Shown here: in pieces, positions 50,608 through 59,946 of the stretch
How the letters are laid out: each line of letters starts with the position of its first letter
How positions within the stretch are numbered: position 1 is the stretch's first letter
IMG/VR virus record: IMGVR_UViG_3300027972_000001
Span: 28,169 to 92,168 of that record
DNA: 64,000 nucleotides
Source: a virus
Strand: one strand, 5' to 3'
Made by a program: the position numbers and the translations under genes
The notes under the pieces: model-generated
Told to the model about the DNA's origin: nothing
The model's input: the letters and a program-made list of their open reading frames with translations, nothing else
Database searches by the model: none

Positions 50608-51422
50608 TAAGCTACATATTTATGTGCTGAAATGAAATAACTAACATCGTTTGTTCCTGCAGCTGCCCAGCCTCTTGTCCACATAGCTTTTGTGACAGCA
50701 AAACGTGGGCAGTTTATAGGAATACAAATATTATCGCTTGTTACTGCAGCTTTTGAAACTACTGTTTCTGTAAGAAGTGTTGGATTTGTGATCGGATGGA
50801 AATTACAAGTTCCATTTCCCCCTCCAAGTGTTACTGCAGAGCCTCCACTTGTTAACGATACTTGGAAATTATTGCCAGATACGCCGACAACGTAGTAAAC
50901 TGTGTAAGCATTGACGCCTGTTGTTGTAGCTATAGTATTCAGAACGATACGCATACCATCTGTAAGTCCATGACCTACTTTTGTGAATAAATCTCCAGCA
51001 TCTGTTAATGTCACAGATGTAACCTGAGTTCCAATGTCACCTGTATAAAATTCAAGAATACTTACTCTGTTAGCTGTGCCTACTGCAGTAACATAAAGTT
51101 TATTCAAGTCAACTTTTAAGTTGCTTCCTCCTTCTGGAAATGCACCTCCAAGATACTGCTCATTTCCCCAAGCACCACTACCACAAGGAGTTATTATTGG
51201 AGTCGTTGCTTTCCTAGTTAAGACGCCATTTGCAGCACTTAATCCATAGACTTCTTCAGCACTATGAAAATGCTTTTCAATCTCATGAACCTTATATGCT
51301 AAAGAATCGGCCACACCAGCTAAACCACTAACTGCAGCACCATCAATCTTAAGCGTATGCCCACTAATTGTGTTTACAACTGTCTGAATAGCGGACTCTA
51401 TTGTTTGTGTAAACCAACCCAT
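50607..51422 (-). CDS. virion appendage protein with HGL-type beta module
   Basis: GHGLTDGMRIVL...YYVV...NFQVSLTSGGSAV module seen in phage tail proteins. Confidence 0.55.
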   Translation of the reverse strand: MGWFTQTIESAIQTVVNTISGHTLKIDGAAVSGLAGVADSLAYKVHEIEKHFHSAEEVYGLSAANGVLTRKATTPIITPCGSGAWGNEQYLGGAFPEGGSNLKVDLNKLYVTAVGTANRVSILEFYTGDIGTQVTSVTLTDAGDLFTKVGHGLTDGMRIVLNTIATTTGVNAYTVYYVVGVSGNNFQVSLTSGGSAVTLGGGNGTCNFHPITNPTLLTETVVSKAAVTSDNICIPINCPRFAVTKAMWTRGWAAAGTNDVSYFISAHKYVA

Positions 51423-51425
51423 GAC

Positions 51426-51884
51426 TTATAGTATTATTTGTGATTTATAAAAAGCAAAAGTACCTGTCCCATCAAACTTTGACCATTTCATCATAGCACT
51501 TACTATAGCTGTAACCTGGCCAGCTGTGAAATCATCAAATAATGGAGCAATAGTTGTCCCAAGAGCTGTCTGTGTAGCCGGAGGAGTATTCATTACTGCA
51601 GGAGTTGTTATGTTGCCATCCCCATCAAGAACCGCAGGAGTTATAACAACTTCACCTCGCATATAAGCTCTCGCTGTAGCCTGCATATTATCTATTAATT
51701 CAAATAAGTAATTAACGAACTCCAATGGAAGCTTCAATTCTGTTGCAACATGGGCTGCCGGCTTAGCCATTATAAAATGGTTAAGTATGTCTGTCTTCTG
51801 CTGTGAAGAAAGAGTTGCTATTTTCTCCTTTATAGTTGGTTCCACTACTGGAGTCGGTTGTGTAAAACAATAAAATCCTGCCAT
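51426..51884 (-). CDS. hypothetical protein
   Basis: 152-aa ORF in the high-GC cassette. Confidence 0.7.
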   Translation of the reverse strand: MAGFYCFTQPTPVVEPTIKEKIATLSSQQKTDILNHFIMAKPAAHVATELKLPLEFVNYLFELIDNMQATARAYMRGEVVITPAVLDGDGNITTPAVMNTPPATQTALGTTIAPLFDDFTAGQVTAIVSAMMKWSKFDGTGTFAFYKSQIIL

Positions 51885-51886
51885 GA

Positions 51887-53470
51887 CTATGAAGATTTTT
51901 TGATGAATACTGTGTATGTGTTTGTTGCAGCTGTCGCAACGCTACTTTCCTGAACAAGCTTCAGCATATATTTAAGCATTGTTGTCGGTGTGTCAATAGT
52001 TATTATGCCTTCTGAAACAACTCCTACGGCTGTTGCAATACCGGCCGAATTTCCAAATATCTCAAGAGACATATCAACCCAGTTTGTGTCTGCATCAGGA
52101 GTAGCAGAAGCATCAAGAGTTCCATAAATCTTAAGATAAGAATTACAATTAGTTGTTGGAGAAAGCCTATAGTGAAGTGTCAAGAAATTATAACCTTCCA
52201 TTGGAATCTCATAACGCCTGACTGCAGGCAAAGAATAAGCTTTAGACTGCCATGTTGCAGACCCAGAAAGAGTAGCTGTTGAAATATTCGTAGCGAGATC
52301 AACTGCTGTAATTAAAGCTGACTGATTATCGGCTGTCTGCCAAGCTGTGTAACCAACTGCATGAGTAGATATAGCAAATGCTCCATCAGCATCAACTATA
52401 TCATCTGTATCACCTCCAGCATCTCCTGTCGCTTTGTAGCCAAGCAAGTTTGTTTCTGAAATTAGTGTTTCTACTCCTGTATAATGACCATAATCAGGAT
52501 TCTGAACAACGACTTGCTGACTATCTAACGATATATCATACGCTTTATCAGGACCTATAAGAGAAATATAGACTTCATCTCCTGTAGCAAAATTAGTTAC
52601 ACCACCTAGAGTAATAACTCCACCAGATACACTTACTGTACTTGGCAAAAGTGTAGTAATAACATTAGTAGTAACTACTTTCTTTTTAATACTGCCTAAT
52701 ACTACATGACCGGCTTCCAATGTAAATGGTAAACCAGTAATAGTAATATTTGTAGTGCCATTGGTAATAGTAGCCACGAAGTCACCAGACATATTAGTAT
52801 ATACAATACTACCACCACCAGCACCACCTGCACCACTAGATGCAGGTCTAGGAATATTAGTAAATATTATAATAGTATCAGTATTTACAAAAGCAGCGCC
52901 AGTTACAGTTAATACAGCACCACTCATTGACATTGTTGTATCATTTCTATGATATTCTGCTACTACAGCACCAGAAGTATCAATTTGTCTAATACTTTCT
53001 ATATCACCGTTATATATAGCAGTAATTGCTCCAGGAAAAGCACTTAATGTAACTTGTGTTGCAGCAGTATAAGTAACAAGGAAATCTCCACCATTTGTTC
53101 CAGATGTTTTTCCAATATAACAATCTGATGTAATAGAACTTGTAGTAACATCTACATCAGCAGCAGTTGCTGGAATATTAGTATAAACAACTAGTACATC
53201 TGTAACAGCAAATGAAGCACCTTCTACAGTTATTACATTAGTAGCAACCGTTATCTTGTTATTAATTCTATTAAAAACTTTAATAACATGACCAGCATTA
53301 TCCATCTGTCTAATTGCCTCTATATCTTTATCAGTAATAGAAAGCAATCCAACAGGTAATCCACTTAATGTTATAGTGGTAGCTCCACTACGAGTAGTAA
53401 TAAAATTACCATTCGTCGGTTTACCTATATAACAATTAGTAGTAGTTTTGTTGTCATTAAAATAGTTCAT
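51887..53470 (-). CDS. putative fibre/structural protein with three N-terminal ~90-aa repeats
   Basis: Repeats CYIGK..G.F..T...ITLS.LP...DIE.IRQ.D..G.V...(Y/F)TNIP; T/S/G-rich. Confidence 0.65.
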   Translation of the reverse strand: MNYFNDNKTTTNCYIGKPTNGNFITTRSGATTITLSGLPVGLLSITDKDIEAIRQMDNAGHVIKVFNRINNKITVATNVITVEGASFAVTDVLVVYTNIPATAADVDVTTSSITSDCYIGKTSGTNGGDFLVTYTAATQVTLSAFPGAITAIYNGDIESIRQIDTSGAVVAEYHRNDTTMSMSGAVLTVTGAAFVNTDTIIIFTNIPRPASSGAGGAGGGSIVYTNMSGDFVATITNGTTNITITGLPFTLEAGHVVLGSIKKKVVTTNVITTLLPSTVSVSGGVITLGGVTNFATGDEVYISLIGPDKAYDISLDSQQVVVQNPDYGHYTGVETLISETNLLGYKATGDAGGDTDDIVDADGAFAISTHAVGYTAWQTADNQSALITAVDLATNISTATLSGSATWQSKAYSLPAVRRYEIPMEGYNFLTLHYRLSPTTNCNSYLKIYGTLDASATPDADTNWVDMSLEIFGNSAGIATAVGVVSEGIITIDTPTTMLKYMLKLVQESSVATAATNTYTVFIKKSS

Positions 53471-53484
53471 ATATTAATTTTATT

Positions 53485-54345
53485 TTAATTATTAATACAC
53501 ACAACTTCGTGTGCTTTAGTTTCTTTTTCAGGTCTTCTATAATTTAAAAATTGCAAAGAATTAAACTTCATTAATTCTAACATTTTATTAACATTACCTA
53601 TTTCAGTAGAATTCAATATTTCATCAAATGAATTAAAAAGAATATTTTTTCTATTACCTCTTCTACAAAATTTACTAGGAATAAATTTAAAAAATCCTCT
53701 ATTTTGTATAGCTCCTGCTTCCCACCAAAACCAATAAGCATAATCACTATTATGATATACATGCCATTTAATACCATTAGGTGCAGTAGTTTGATCATAT
53801 GGAATTTTACCTTCTTCTATTAATTTCGCTTTATATTTATTACTTGTTCCCCAATCAACAGGTAATTTAACAAGCCTCCCATTAAAAAGAAATGTGCGTT
53901 CTTTTTCACGAATATATAATTTACCAGCATTACCAAATGTATAATATCCACCTTTAAGTATATGTTTAGCTATTTCAATATCACTATATCCTAATATTTT
54001 AAGATATACTTCATAAGGCATTATTGATTTAACAAGTCGTTCATAAAGTAATTTATGAAGAGTAAGATAACGAATTGAATTAACATATGATTTAACATAA
54101 TGAGCAACCCGTGTAAGTTGTCCATTAGCAACAAGTTCTTTTATTTTGAGATCGGCAATATATGGATTCTTAAAAAGATTGTCAATATTAACATCTATTT
54201 TTTCAAATTCTGCACGATTATTAATAATACATTGTTTAATATATTCTTGACTACCATAATACTGTCCTATTTTAACAGTTACAGCGTTAATTTTAATTTG
54301 AACAGCTTCAATATAATCTCTATATAAATCTCTAGTTTCTAACAT
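53485..54345 (-). CDS. crAss-type IHF-like protein
   Basis: GKLYIREKER..VDWGTSNKYK..L..EGK...KW.VYH...FWW; position in structural module. Confidence 0.6.
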   Translation of the reverse strand: MLETRDLYRDYIEAVQIKINAVTVKIGQYYGSQEYIKQCIINNRAEFEKIDVNIDNLFKNPYIADLKIKELVANGQLTRVAHYVKSYVNSIRYLTLHKLLYERLVKSIMPYEVYLKILGYSDIEIAKHILKGGYYTFGNAGKLYIREKERTFLFNGRLVKLPVDWGTSNKYKAKLIEEGKIPYDQTTAPNGIKWHVYHNSDYAYWFWWEAGAIQNRGFFKFIPSKFCRRGNRKNILFNSFDEILNSTEIGNVNKMLELMKFNSLQFLNYRRPEKETKAHEVVCINN

Positions 54346-54989
54346 TATTGAATATCTCTAGTTGTTATTGGATTTTTAGGTTGAGCATCTTGAGTAGTAC
54401 GAATTATATTAATAACTTCTTTAATAACATCATTTAACATATCACCAGCAAGAGGAAATTCCATATCATCTTTATAACATAAACCAGTAGGATCTGTGCT
54501 ATCTTGTGTGACATCTAATTGTTCATAAATAGCTTCAATTAAAACTCGTTCTAATTTAGTACTATTCCAAATATAAATATATTTATTTGTATAAAAATAA
54601 CAAATAGCATTACCAATAAGTCTTAAACTTCTACCATACTTCATAATATAGGGTTTAATGTTACGAAACCCTATCATTCTATCAAGACTACCTACAAATA
54701 CAAAAGGAACATCACTATTAAATCTAATAGGAGCAGGAATTTTATTTGTGGTTCTTAAAAGAGTATATTTTGAAGTTATAGTACTATCAACAGAAGCATT
54801 AACTAACTCTAATTCAGCATTATATGGTTGAATATATCTATCATTAATACCATATTTATCAGTTTCTCTATGAACAAATTGATTTCTAGTTTGAATAATA
54901 AGATCTTTAATTCTTTCTATAAACAGAAAATCTGTATCTCTATCAAAACTAGATGCAACTTGATAAGCTAATGTTTTTAATGTAGCCAT
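54345..54989 (-). CDS. tail ring protein (crAss-like)
   Basis: LRT..KIP.PI, YFYTNKYIYI, IEAIYE, C..DDMEFPL. Confidence 0.6.
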   Translation of the reverse strand: MATLKTLAYQVASSFDRDTDFLFIERIKDLIIQTRNQFVHRETDKYGINDRYIQPYNAELELVNASVDSTITSKYTLLRTTNKIPAPIRFNSDVPFVFVGSLDRMIGFRNIKPYIMKYGRSLRLIGNAICYFYTNKYIYIWNSTKLERVLIEAIYEQLDVTQDSTDPTGLCYKDDMEFPLAGDMLNDVIKEVINIIRTTQDAQPKNPITTRDIQ

Positions 54990-54990
54990 A

Positions 54991-55278
54991 TTAATATTCT
55001 AATACTTCACGTTTATACATTATTGCATTATATTCATCTTGAGTAAGCCAATCAAGATATGTCCAATCAACATCAATAGTTTGTTCTAATAACTCAATAA
55101 CTTCAAAATAAAAATGAGCAAGATGTATTATTAAATTACCTTGTTCTTCACTACTACCAAAACTCTTTTCATTAGCAATTAACCATGCTAGAGATTCAGT
55201 TAAATCTACAGTTTTAGCAGTATAAAAAGTTTGATATAAAGATAATATATTAGGATTAAATGTTATTGTCATTCCCAT
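54991..55278 (-). CDS. hypothetical protein (structural module)
   Basis: 95-aa ORF coupled to neighbours. Confidence 0.6.
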   Translation of the reverse strand: MGMTITFNPNILSLYQTFYTAKTVDLTESLAWLIANEKSFGSSEEQGNLIIHLAHFYFEVIELLEQTIDVDWTYLDWLTQDEYNAIMYKREVLEY

Positions 55279-55766
55279 ATTTTATTAGTACTCTGTGGAG
55301 TATTTTCTTGTCTATCAAAATATTTAGAACATCTATCAATAGCTGTAGCAATAGTAGTATATGCAGTTAAACTACCAGCAACATATAATGCATTTTGATA
55401 CGGACTATTTCCTATAAATGCAATAGATAACAATACTAAAGTAATAAAATCGTATCCTTTAGGAAGTTCTTTTCTAATATCATCAGCTAAAAGCAATTCT
55501 TTAACATCTTCTTCAAGTTCATCTAGAATATCATAATTAATAATGATTGTATTACCTTCTACAGCAGTAGGATTCCATACTTTATATAATCCTTCAGCAG
55601 TAAAAGTGTAATCTGAATCACTACCTGTTGCTATACTTAAAGTATCAGCAGTATCAAATACACCAGTAGTTAATAGTTTAGATATTTCAAAAACTACTGT
55701 ACCACCAGTTGCATTAGCTATATTAATCACACTATCTGAAACAAATGTTATAGTTACTCCTGTCAT
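55269..55766 (-). CDS. hypothetical structural protein (possible tail hub)
   Basis: N-terminal beta region (FTAEGLYKV) plus helical C-terminus; located between ring genes. Confidence 0.5.
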   Translation of the reverse strand: MTGVTITFVSDSVINIANATGGTVVFEISKLLTTGVFDTADTLSIATGSDSDYTFTAEGLYKVWNPTAVEGNTIIINYDILDELEEDVKELLLADDIRKELPKGYDFITLVLLSIAFIGNSPYQNALYVAGSLTAYTTIATAIDRCSKYFDRQENTPQSTNKIWE

Positions 55767-55770
55767 TAGT

Positions 55771-56814
55771 TTATCGTTTAACTTGTGATGCTATTTGATC
55801 AAAACTACCATTATTTACAGTAGTCATAATATATTTAATAGTATTTTCCACAATAGTAGTATGTACCAATTCTGGTAAATCACATTGTGTTATAGTACTA
55901 GAAAGTATTGCAGGTTTTTTAATATAAATAATACCTACTTTACTAATTGCATATCTACCTAAATGATATAATCGTAAGCCAGTTGTTTCAAGTATTGTAC
56001 CAATATATTGCCTTCCACCACCAAAAGGATTATTATTAAATGATATAATATCATAATCATCTAATAATAAATTAGGAAGTTGAGTATCATTACTATTACC
56101 ACTATATAATGCTCCTAAATTAGCATCTGCAACATTATCTGTATAAATAGTAGTAACATTATCACTAATAGTTGTTAATAATCTACCATTATACCATGCT
56201 TCTCCAACTTTAGTTCTATATATCTTTCTAGCCGTACATCCAGTTAATCCAAGAGGAATTGCAGTAAGCTCAATTTTTCCATTAACTCCTTTTGCAATGA
56301 CTGTTGCATCATCTACATTAATTCCATTAATGTCCGTTTCTAATGTAGAATATATAAAAGTGACAAAATAGTAGTGTTTACCATCATCAACATTTCCTGC
56401 TCCACTACCTAATGTAGCAGTTAAGGCTGTAGCACTAGGATATGTTATACAATCAATAGGACGAACATTTGTAAAACTAGCTTCATATTTAAATAAATCA
56501 CTAGGCAAAGTATATTGATAAAAATTAGTATCAATTGGTGTTAAAGGAAGTAATGTATCATCTATTTTAATTAATGTATAAAGACTACTATATTTAGATA
56601 ATATATCACCATATGTTAAAATCCTAAAAGGAACCCTTTTATTTTCATCTGGAAAATTTGATTTATTAACGGTAAAATTAATAAATTCATCAATTGTTCT
56701 ATTTATAAAAACATCTTTTACTAATGGATCTAATATAGTAATAGGATAACTATCTAATTTTTTTATAGCTAAATCTATATTAATATGCATTTCATTTCTA
56801 GTTAGAGTAGGCAT
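55771..56814 (-). CDS. tail ring protein, paralogue 2, with inserted beta-sandwich
   Basis: EMHINIDLA..KLDS, YTLP.DLF, YIKKPA, CDLPELVH..IV. Confidence 0.7.
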   Translation of the reverse strand: MPTLTRNEMHINIDLAIKKLDSYPITILDPLVKDVFINRTIDEFINFTVNKSNFPDENKRVPFRILTYGDILSKYSSLYTLIKIDDTLLPLTPIDTNFYQYTLPSDLFKYEASFTNVRPIDCITYPSATALTATLGSGAGNVDDGKHYYFVTFIYSTLETDINGINVDDATVIAKGVNGKIELTAIPLGLTGCTARKIYRTKVGEAWYNGRLLTTISDNVTTIYTDNVADANLGALYSGNSNDTQLPNLLLDDYDIISFNNNPFGGGRQYIGTILETTGLRLYHLGRYAISKVGIIYIKKPAILSSTITQCDLPELVHTTIVENTIKYIMTTVNNGSFDQIASQVKR

Positions 56815-56820
56815 ATTATA

Positions 56821-57909
56821 TTATTTTGATTGTTGTTTAGCTTCCATTAATAATTGTTCATAATTACCACTACTTGTAGCAGCAGCAATAAATTTAGCTG
56901 TATCATCAACTATTCTATCGTGTACAGATTCAGGTAAATCACAATTAACAATTCCAGGACTACTAGTTAATATAGCTGGTTTTTTAATATAGATTATGCC
57001 TGTTCTATTTATAGCATATTTATTTAAATGATAAATTCTTAATGTACTAGTTGTACCATTACCAATAATAGCACTAGCCATTAAATCAAACCAAGTAATA
57101 GTATTAGGATATAAATATAATCCTAAAGGTTTAGTATTATAAAATGTAATATCATATGTATTTAAAAGAATATTCGGAAGGATTGTGTCATTTGTATTTC
57201 CTGCATAAACTGCTCCTAAAGCAGCATCAGCAGTATTATCAGAGTAAGTTGTAGTAACATTATCTCCAATAGTTGTTAATAATCTAGCACTATACCAAGG
57301 ATCATCTAATTTAGATCGATATATCTTTCTTGCAGTACAACCTGTAACACCAACGGGAATTGTACTTAAATTAACTTGTTGATTAGCTCCAGAAACAACA
57401 GTAATACTAGTAACATTAGTATCTATAATGTCTGTTTCTCCAGCAGGATAAACAAAAGTAACAAAATAATAATGTAATCCAGCAGTAACACCTGCACCTG
57501 CAACAGCAGCTAAAGTAGGAATTGTAGCACTAGAATATGTAATAGAACTTAACCATCTAACATGAGAAAAACTACATTCAAATCTAAATAAATTTGTTGG
57601 TAGTGAATAAATATTAAACAAAGGACTTATTGCAGTAGAAGCAAGAGTTGTATCTAAAAGAGTAACTAAAGTATAAATATCATTATATTTATTTAAACTA
57701 TCTGCAAGTGTAGGAATTCTACTTAATACCTCTTTACTTTCATTAGGTTTATTAGCTTTAGTTACAACATCTTTAACAAATTCAGAAATAGTACGATTAA
57801 GAAAATAATCTTTTACAGGAGGATCTAATCTATTCATAGGAGTAGCATCAAGCACTTCAAGTGCTAAATCCAGTCCTATATGCATTTCTGCTCTAGTTCT
57901 GATTGGCAT
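56821..57909 (-). CDS. tail ring protein, paralogue 1, with inserted beta-sandwich
   Basis: EMHIGLDLA, YSLP.NLF, YIKKPA, CDLPESVHDRIV; first gene after the capsid terminator. Confidence 0.7.
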   Translation of the reverse strand: MPIRTRAEMHIGLDLALEVLDATPMNRLDPPVKDYFLNRTISEFVKDVVTKANKPNESKEVLSRIPTLADSLNKYNDIYTLVTLLDTTLASTAISPLFNIYSLPTNLFRFECSFSHVRWLSSITYSSATIPTLAAVAGAGVTAGLHYYFVTFVYPAGETDIIDTNVTSITVVSGANQQVNLSTIPVGVTGCTARKIYRSKLDDPWYSARLLTTIGDNVTTTYSDNTADAALGAVYAGNTNDTILPNILLNTYDITFYNTKPLGLYLYPNTITWFDLMASAIIGNGTTSTLRIYHLNKYAINRTGIIYIKKPAILTSSPGIVNCDLPESVHDRIVDDTAKFIAAATSSGNYEQLLMEAKQQSK

Positions 57910-57912
57910 AAT

Positions 57913-57949
57913 AAAAAGAATAAAAGCCCTAGCCTTACGACTAGGGCTT
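57913..57949 (-). terminator. intrinsic terminator after the capsid operon
   Basis: Minus strand AAGCCCTAG-tcgtaagg-CTAGGGCTT followed by TTATTCTTTTT. Confidence 0.85.
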
Positions 57950-57957
57950 ACTATTGA

Positions 57958-58869
57958 TTAGACGTTAATATCAATTACAAAATTATCCATTCCTTCTTTA
58001 CTCTTTCCATCTCCACTATCACTAAGTGAAACAAGAAGAGCAACAACTAACTCCTGTGTAGGATTAGTATCTGTAACAAAAGGTCTCAAAGGATCAACAC
58101 TGTAACTTATTTGATAAAGATCATACGTTTCTCCAACAGTAACTTCACTTACACCAGGAAACATTAAATCTCCATCAATACGATAATTACCATCACCACG
58201 TTCAGGATTACATTCTTTTTCATATGCAATCAATTGAGCGGCTGTACCAGTTCCAGTAATATGAGGTGTAGTAATTGTAATAGTAGCATCACTAAATATG
58301 CCAACTTTAGAAGTTTCAAAGTTTTTACCAGCTGTAATTCTAGTAAGTACAATATCTGTACCTGCACTAGCATTTACACATCTGTTTACATCTGCATTTA
58401 CTAGTACAATAAGAGCAGCTACAATAGTAGCTTCAGTATCACCATCTACAACTACATGTTCATATGACCTATTTCTAGTAAGCTCATGAGCAGGTTTAGT
58501 AGTATCAGTTACTATAAAACCAGCAACTTGCCCAACATCAAGAGTACCAGCAGTCCAAGAAATATTCATTACTTTAGCTTGTGGAGCTACATATGCTTGA
58601 GATTTAACTCTACAATTTTTTAAAGTAATGACAGGACTATATTTAAGTCCATTAGCAGTATTTGTAACAAACTGAAATTTAGCAGGAGTTGCATCTTCAG
58701 TTGTAGCAGCAATCTTTACAATGTGATTAACACTTGCAGATTCAGGATCACGATTTATAATAGCATATGCTCCAACAGCTAACGATGCAATTTCATCTAC
58801 ATCTTTAGTACCATCGGCAGTTATTCCAGAAGCATATGTATCATGAGAAATCACCATCAATTGTTTCAT
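57958..58869 (-). CDS. auxiliary capsid protein (crAss gene 74-like)
   Basis: MKQLMVI start, AYVAP.AKV, GTGTAAQL.AYEKEC..ERG, TYDLY.I; two genes after MCP and inside its terminated unit. Confidence 0.65.
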   Translation of the reverse strand: MKQLMVISHDTYASGITADGTKDVDEIASLAVGAYAIINRDPESASVNHIVKIAATTEDATPAKFQFVTNTANGLKYSPVITLKNCRVKSQAYVAPQAKVMNISWTAGTLDVGQVAGFIVTDTTKPAHELTRNRSYEHVVVDGDTEATIVAALIVLVNADVNRCVNASAGTDIVLTRITAGKNFETSKVGIFSDATITITTPHITGTGTAAQLIAYEKECNPERGDGNYRIDGDLMFPGVSEVTVGETYDLYQISYSVDPLRPFVTDTNPTQELVVALLVSLSDSGDGKSKEGMDNFVIDINV

Positions 58870-58900
58870 AATACGTATTTATTTAATTGTTAATTAATAA

Positions 58901-59890
58901 TTATTGTTTTGTTATTTGTGCATAACGAGTTTTAAACTCTTTTGTTTTAGCAACTTTATCACTAGCTTCACTAGAAAAGAAAACAACAGCTTCATCAGTT
59001 GTATTACCTATTAATATACTATTGTCAGTAGAATCTACTATAATAGAACTATTAGGTAATCTTTTCAAAATTCCACTAACACAATATCTTTCAATCCTTG
59101 CTTTAATAGTAACTGTAGGATCATTGACAATTGCCAAGAATTCTTTTGGACTAGTATCAACAAATTGTTTGAGTCTTGCATCAGCATCTAGATCATCTAA
59201 TGTAGAAGCATTAATTCCTTTGACATATAAAATGTCTTTTACTTTAGTCCTGTCAGTAAGTATTTCTAGATATTTTTTAGTAGCTTCAATACTAATCTTA
59301 TGTTGTGATTTTCTAGTATCCTCAATATCTTTAGGATCAATTAATATAAATTCAATATTGGTACTTTTTTGAAGATCATCTGCTTGTTTAGCTACTTTAC
59401 GATGTCCCAAGCAAAACAACCAAGTAAGATATGATACAGGATTAATTGGAGTACCATATTTATATTTTTCAAACTCAGTTATATTTTTAAGAACATAATT
59501 AGCTAAACTCTCATCTGAATCAATAACAATTTCACTTTTTTTAGCAACAGTAGTTAATTCAGCTATTGCTTTTTTACGTTCAATGTCATTAATATCAAAA
59601 TTAAAACCAATTTCTAGTTTTTTACCACCTATAGGAATTTTTATACCAAAACTATCCCAATAATATTTAACCCTTTTATACCATGTAGGATCATCAGGAT
59701 TAAGAGATATTACTGTTGGCATAATACTTTTCAATAATTGTGTATATTCAGGTGATATTATTCTATTTACTGCTCCTTGAACAGAACCAAGAGGTTGTTC
59801 AACAGTACCAAAAATATCTTTATTGAGTAACTTAAAAACATCAGGATTTAATCTACTGACGAGATCAATTGTGTGACTTTTAGAAATCAT
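58901..59890 (-). CDS. conserved crAss-like capsid-module protein (gene 75-like)
   Basis: MPTVISL.P..P.W..RV..YW, GKKLEIGF, KYGTPIN..YL.W.FCL.H..VA; directly after MCP. Confidence 0.75.
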   Translation of the reverse strand: MISKSHTIDLVSRLNPDVFKLLNKDIFGTVEQPLGSVQGAVNRIISPEYTQLLKSIMPTVISLNPDDPTWYKRVKYYWDSFGIKIPIGGKKLEIGFNFDINDIERKKAIAELTTVAKKSEIVIDSDESLANYVLKNITEFEKYKYGTPINPVSYLTWLFCLGHRKVAKQADDLQKSTNIEFILIDPKDIEDTRKSQHKISIEATKKYLEILTDRTKVKDILYVKGINASTLDDLDADARLKQFVDTSPKEFLAIVNDPTVTIKARIERYCVSGILKRLPNSSIIVDSTDNSILIGNTTDEAVVFFSSEASDKVAKTKEFKTRYAQITKQ

Positions 59891-59946
59891 AGTATTTTAT
59901 TTATAAGTTATAATCTTTTATATATTATTACTCGATTTAGTTCTTA

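Noticed and set aside
39753-53470. Diversity-generating retroelement or invertible shufflon acting on fibre genes
   Set aside because: No reverse transcriptase, recombinase, template/variable repeat pair or long inverted repeats seen in the window
11884-57949. Shared AGCCCTA/TAGGGCT stem in two terminators as a mobile repeat
   Set aside because: Only 7 bp in common and the loops differ; adequately explained as similar intrinsic terminators
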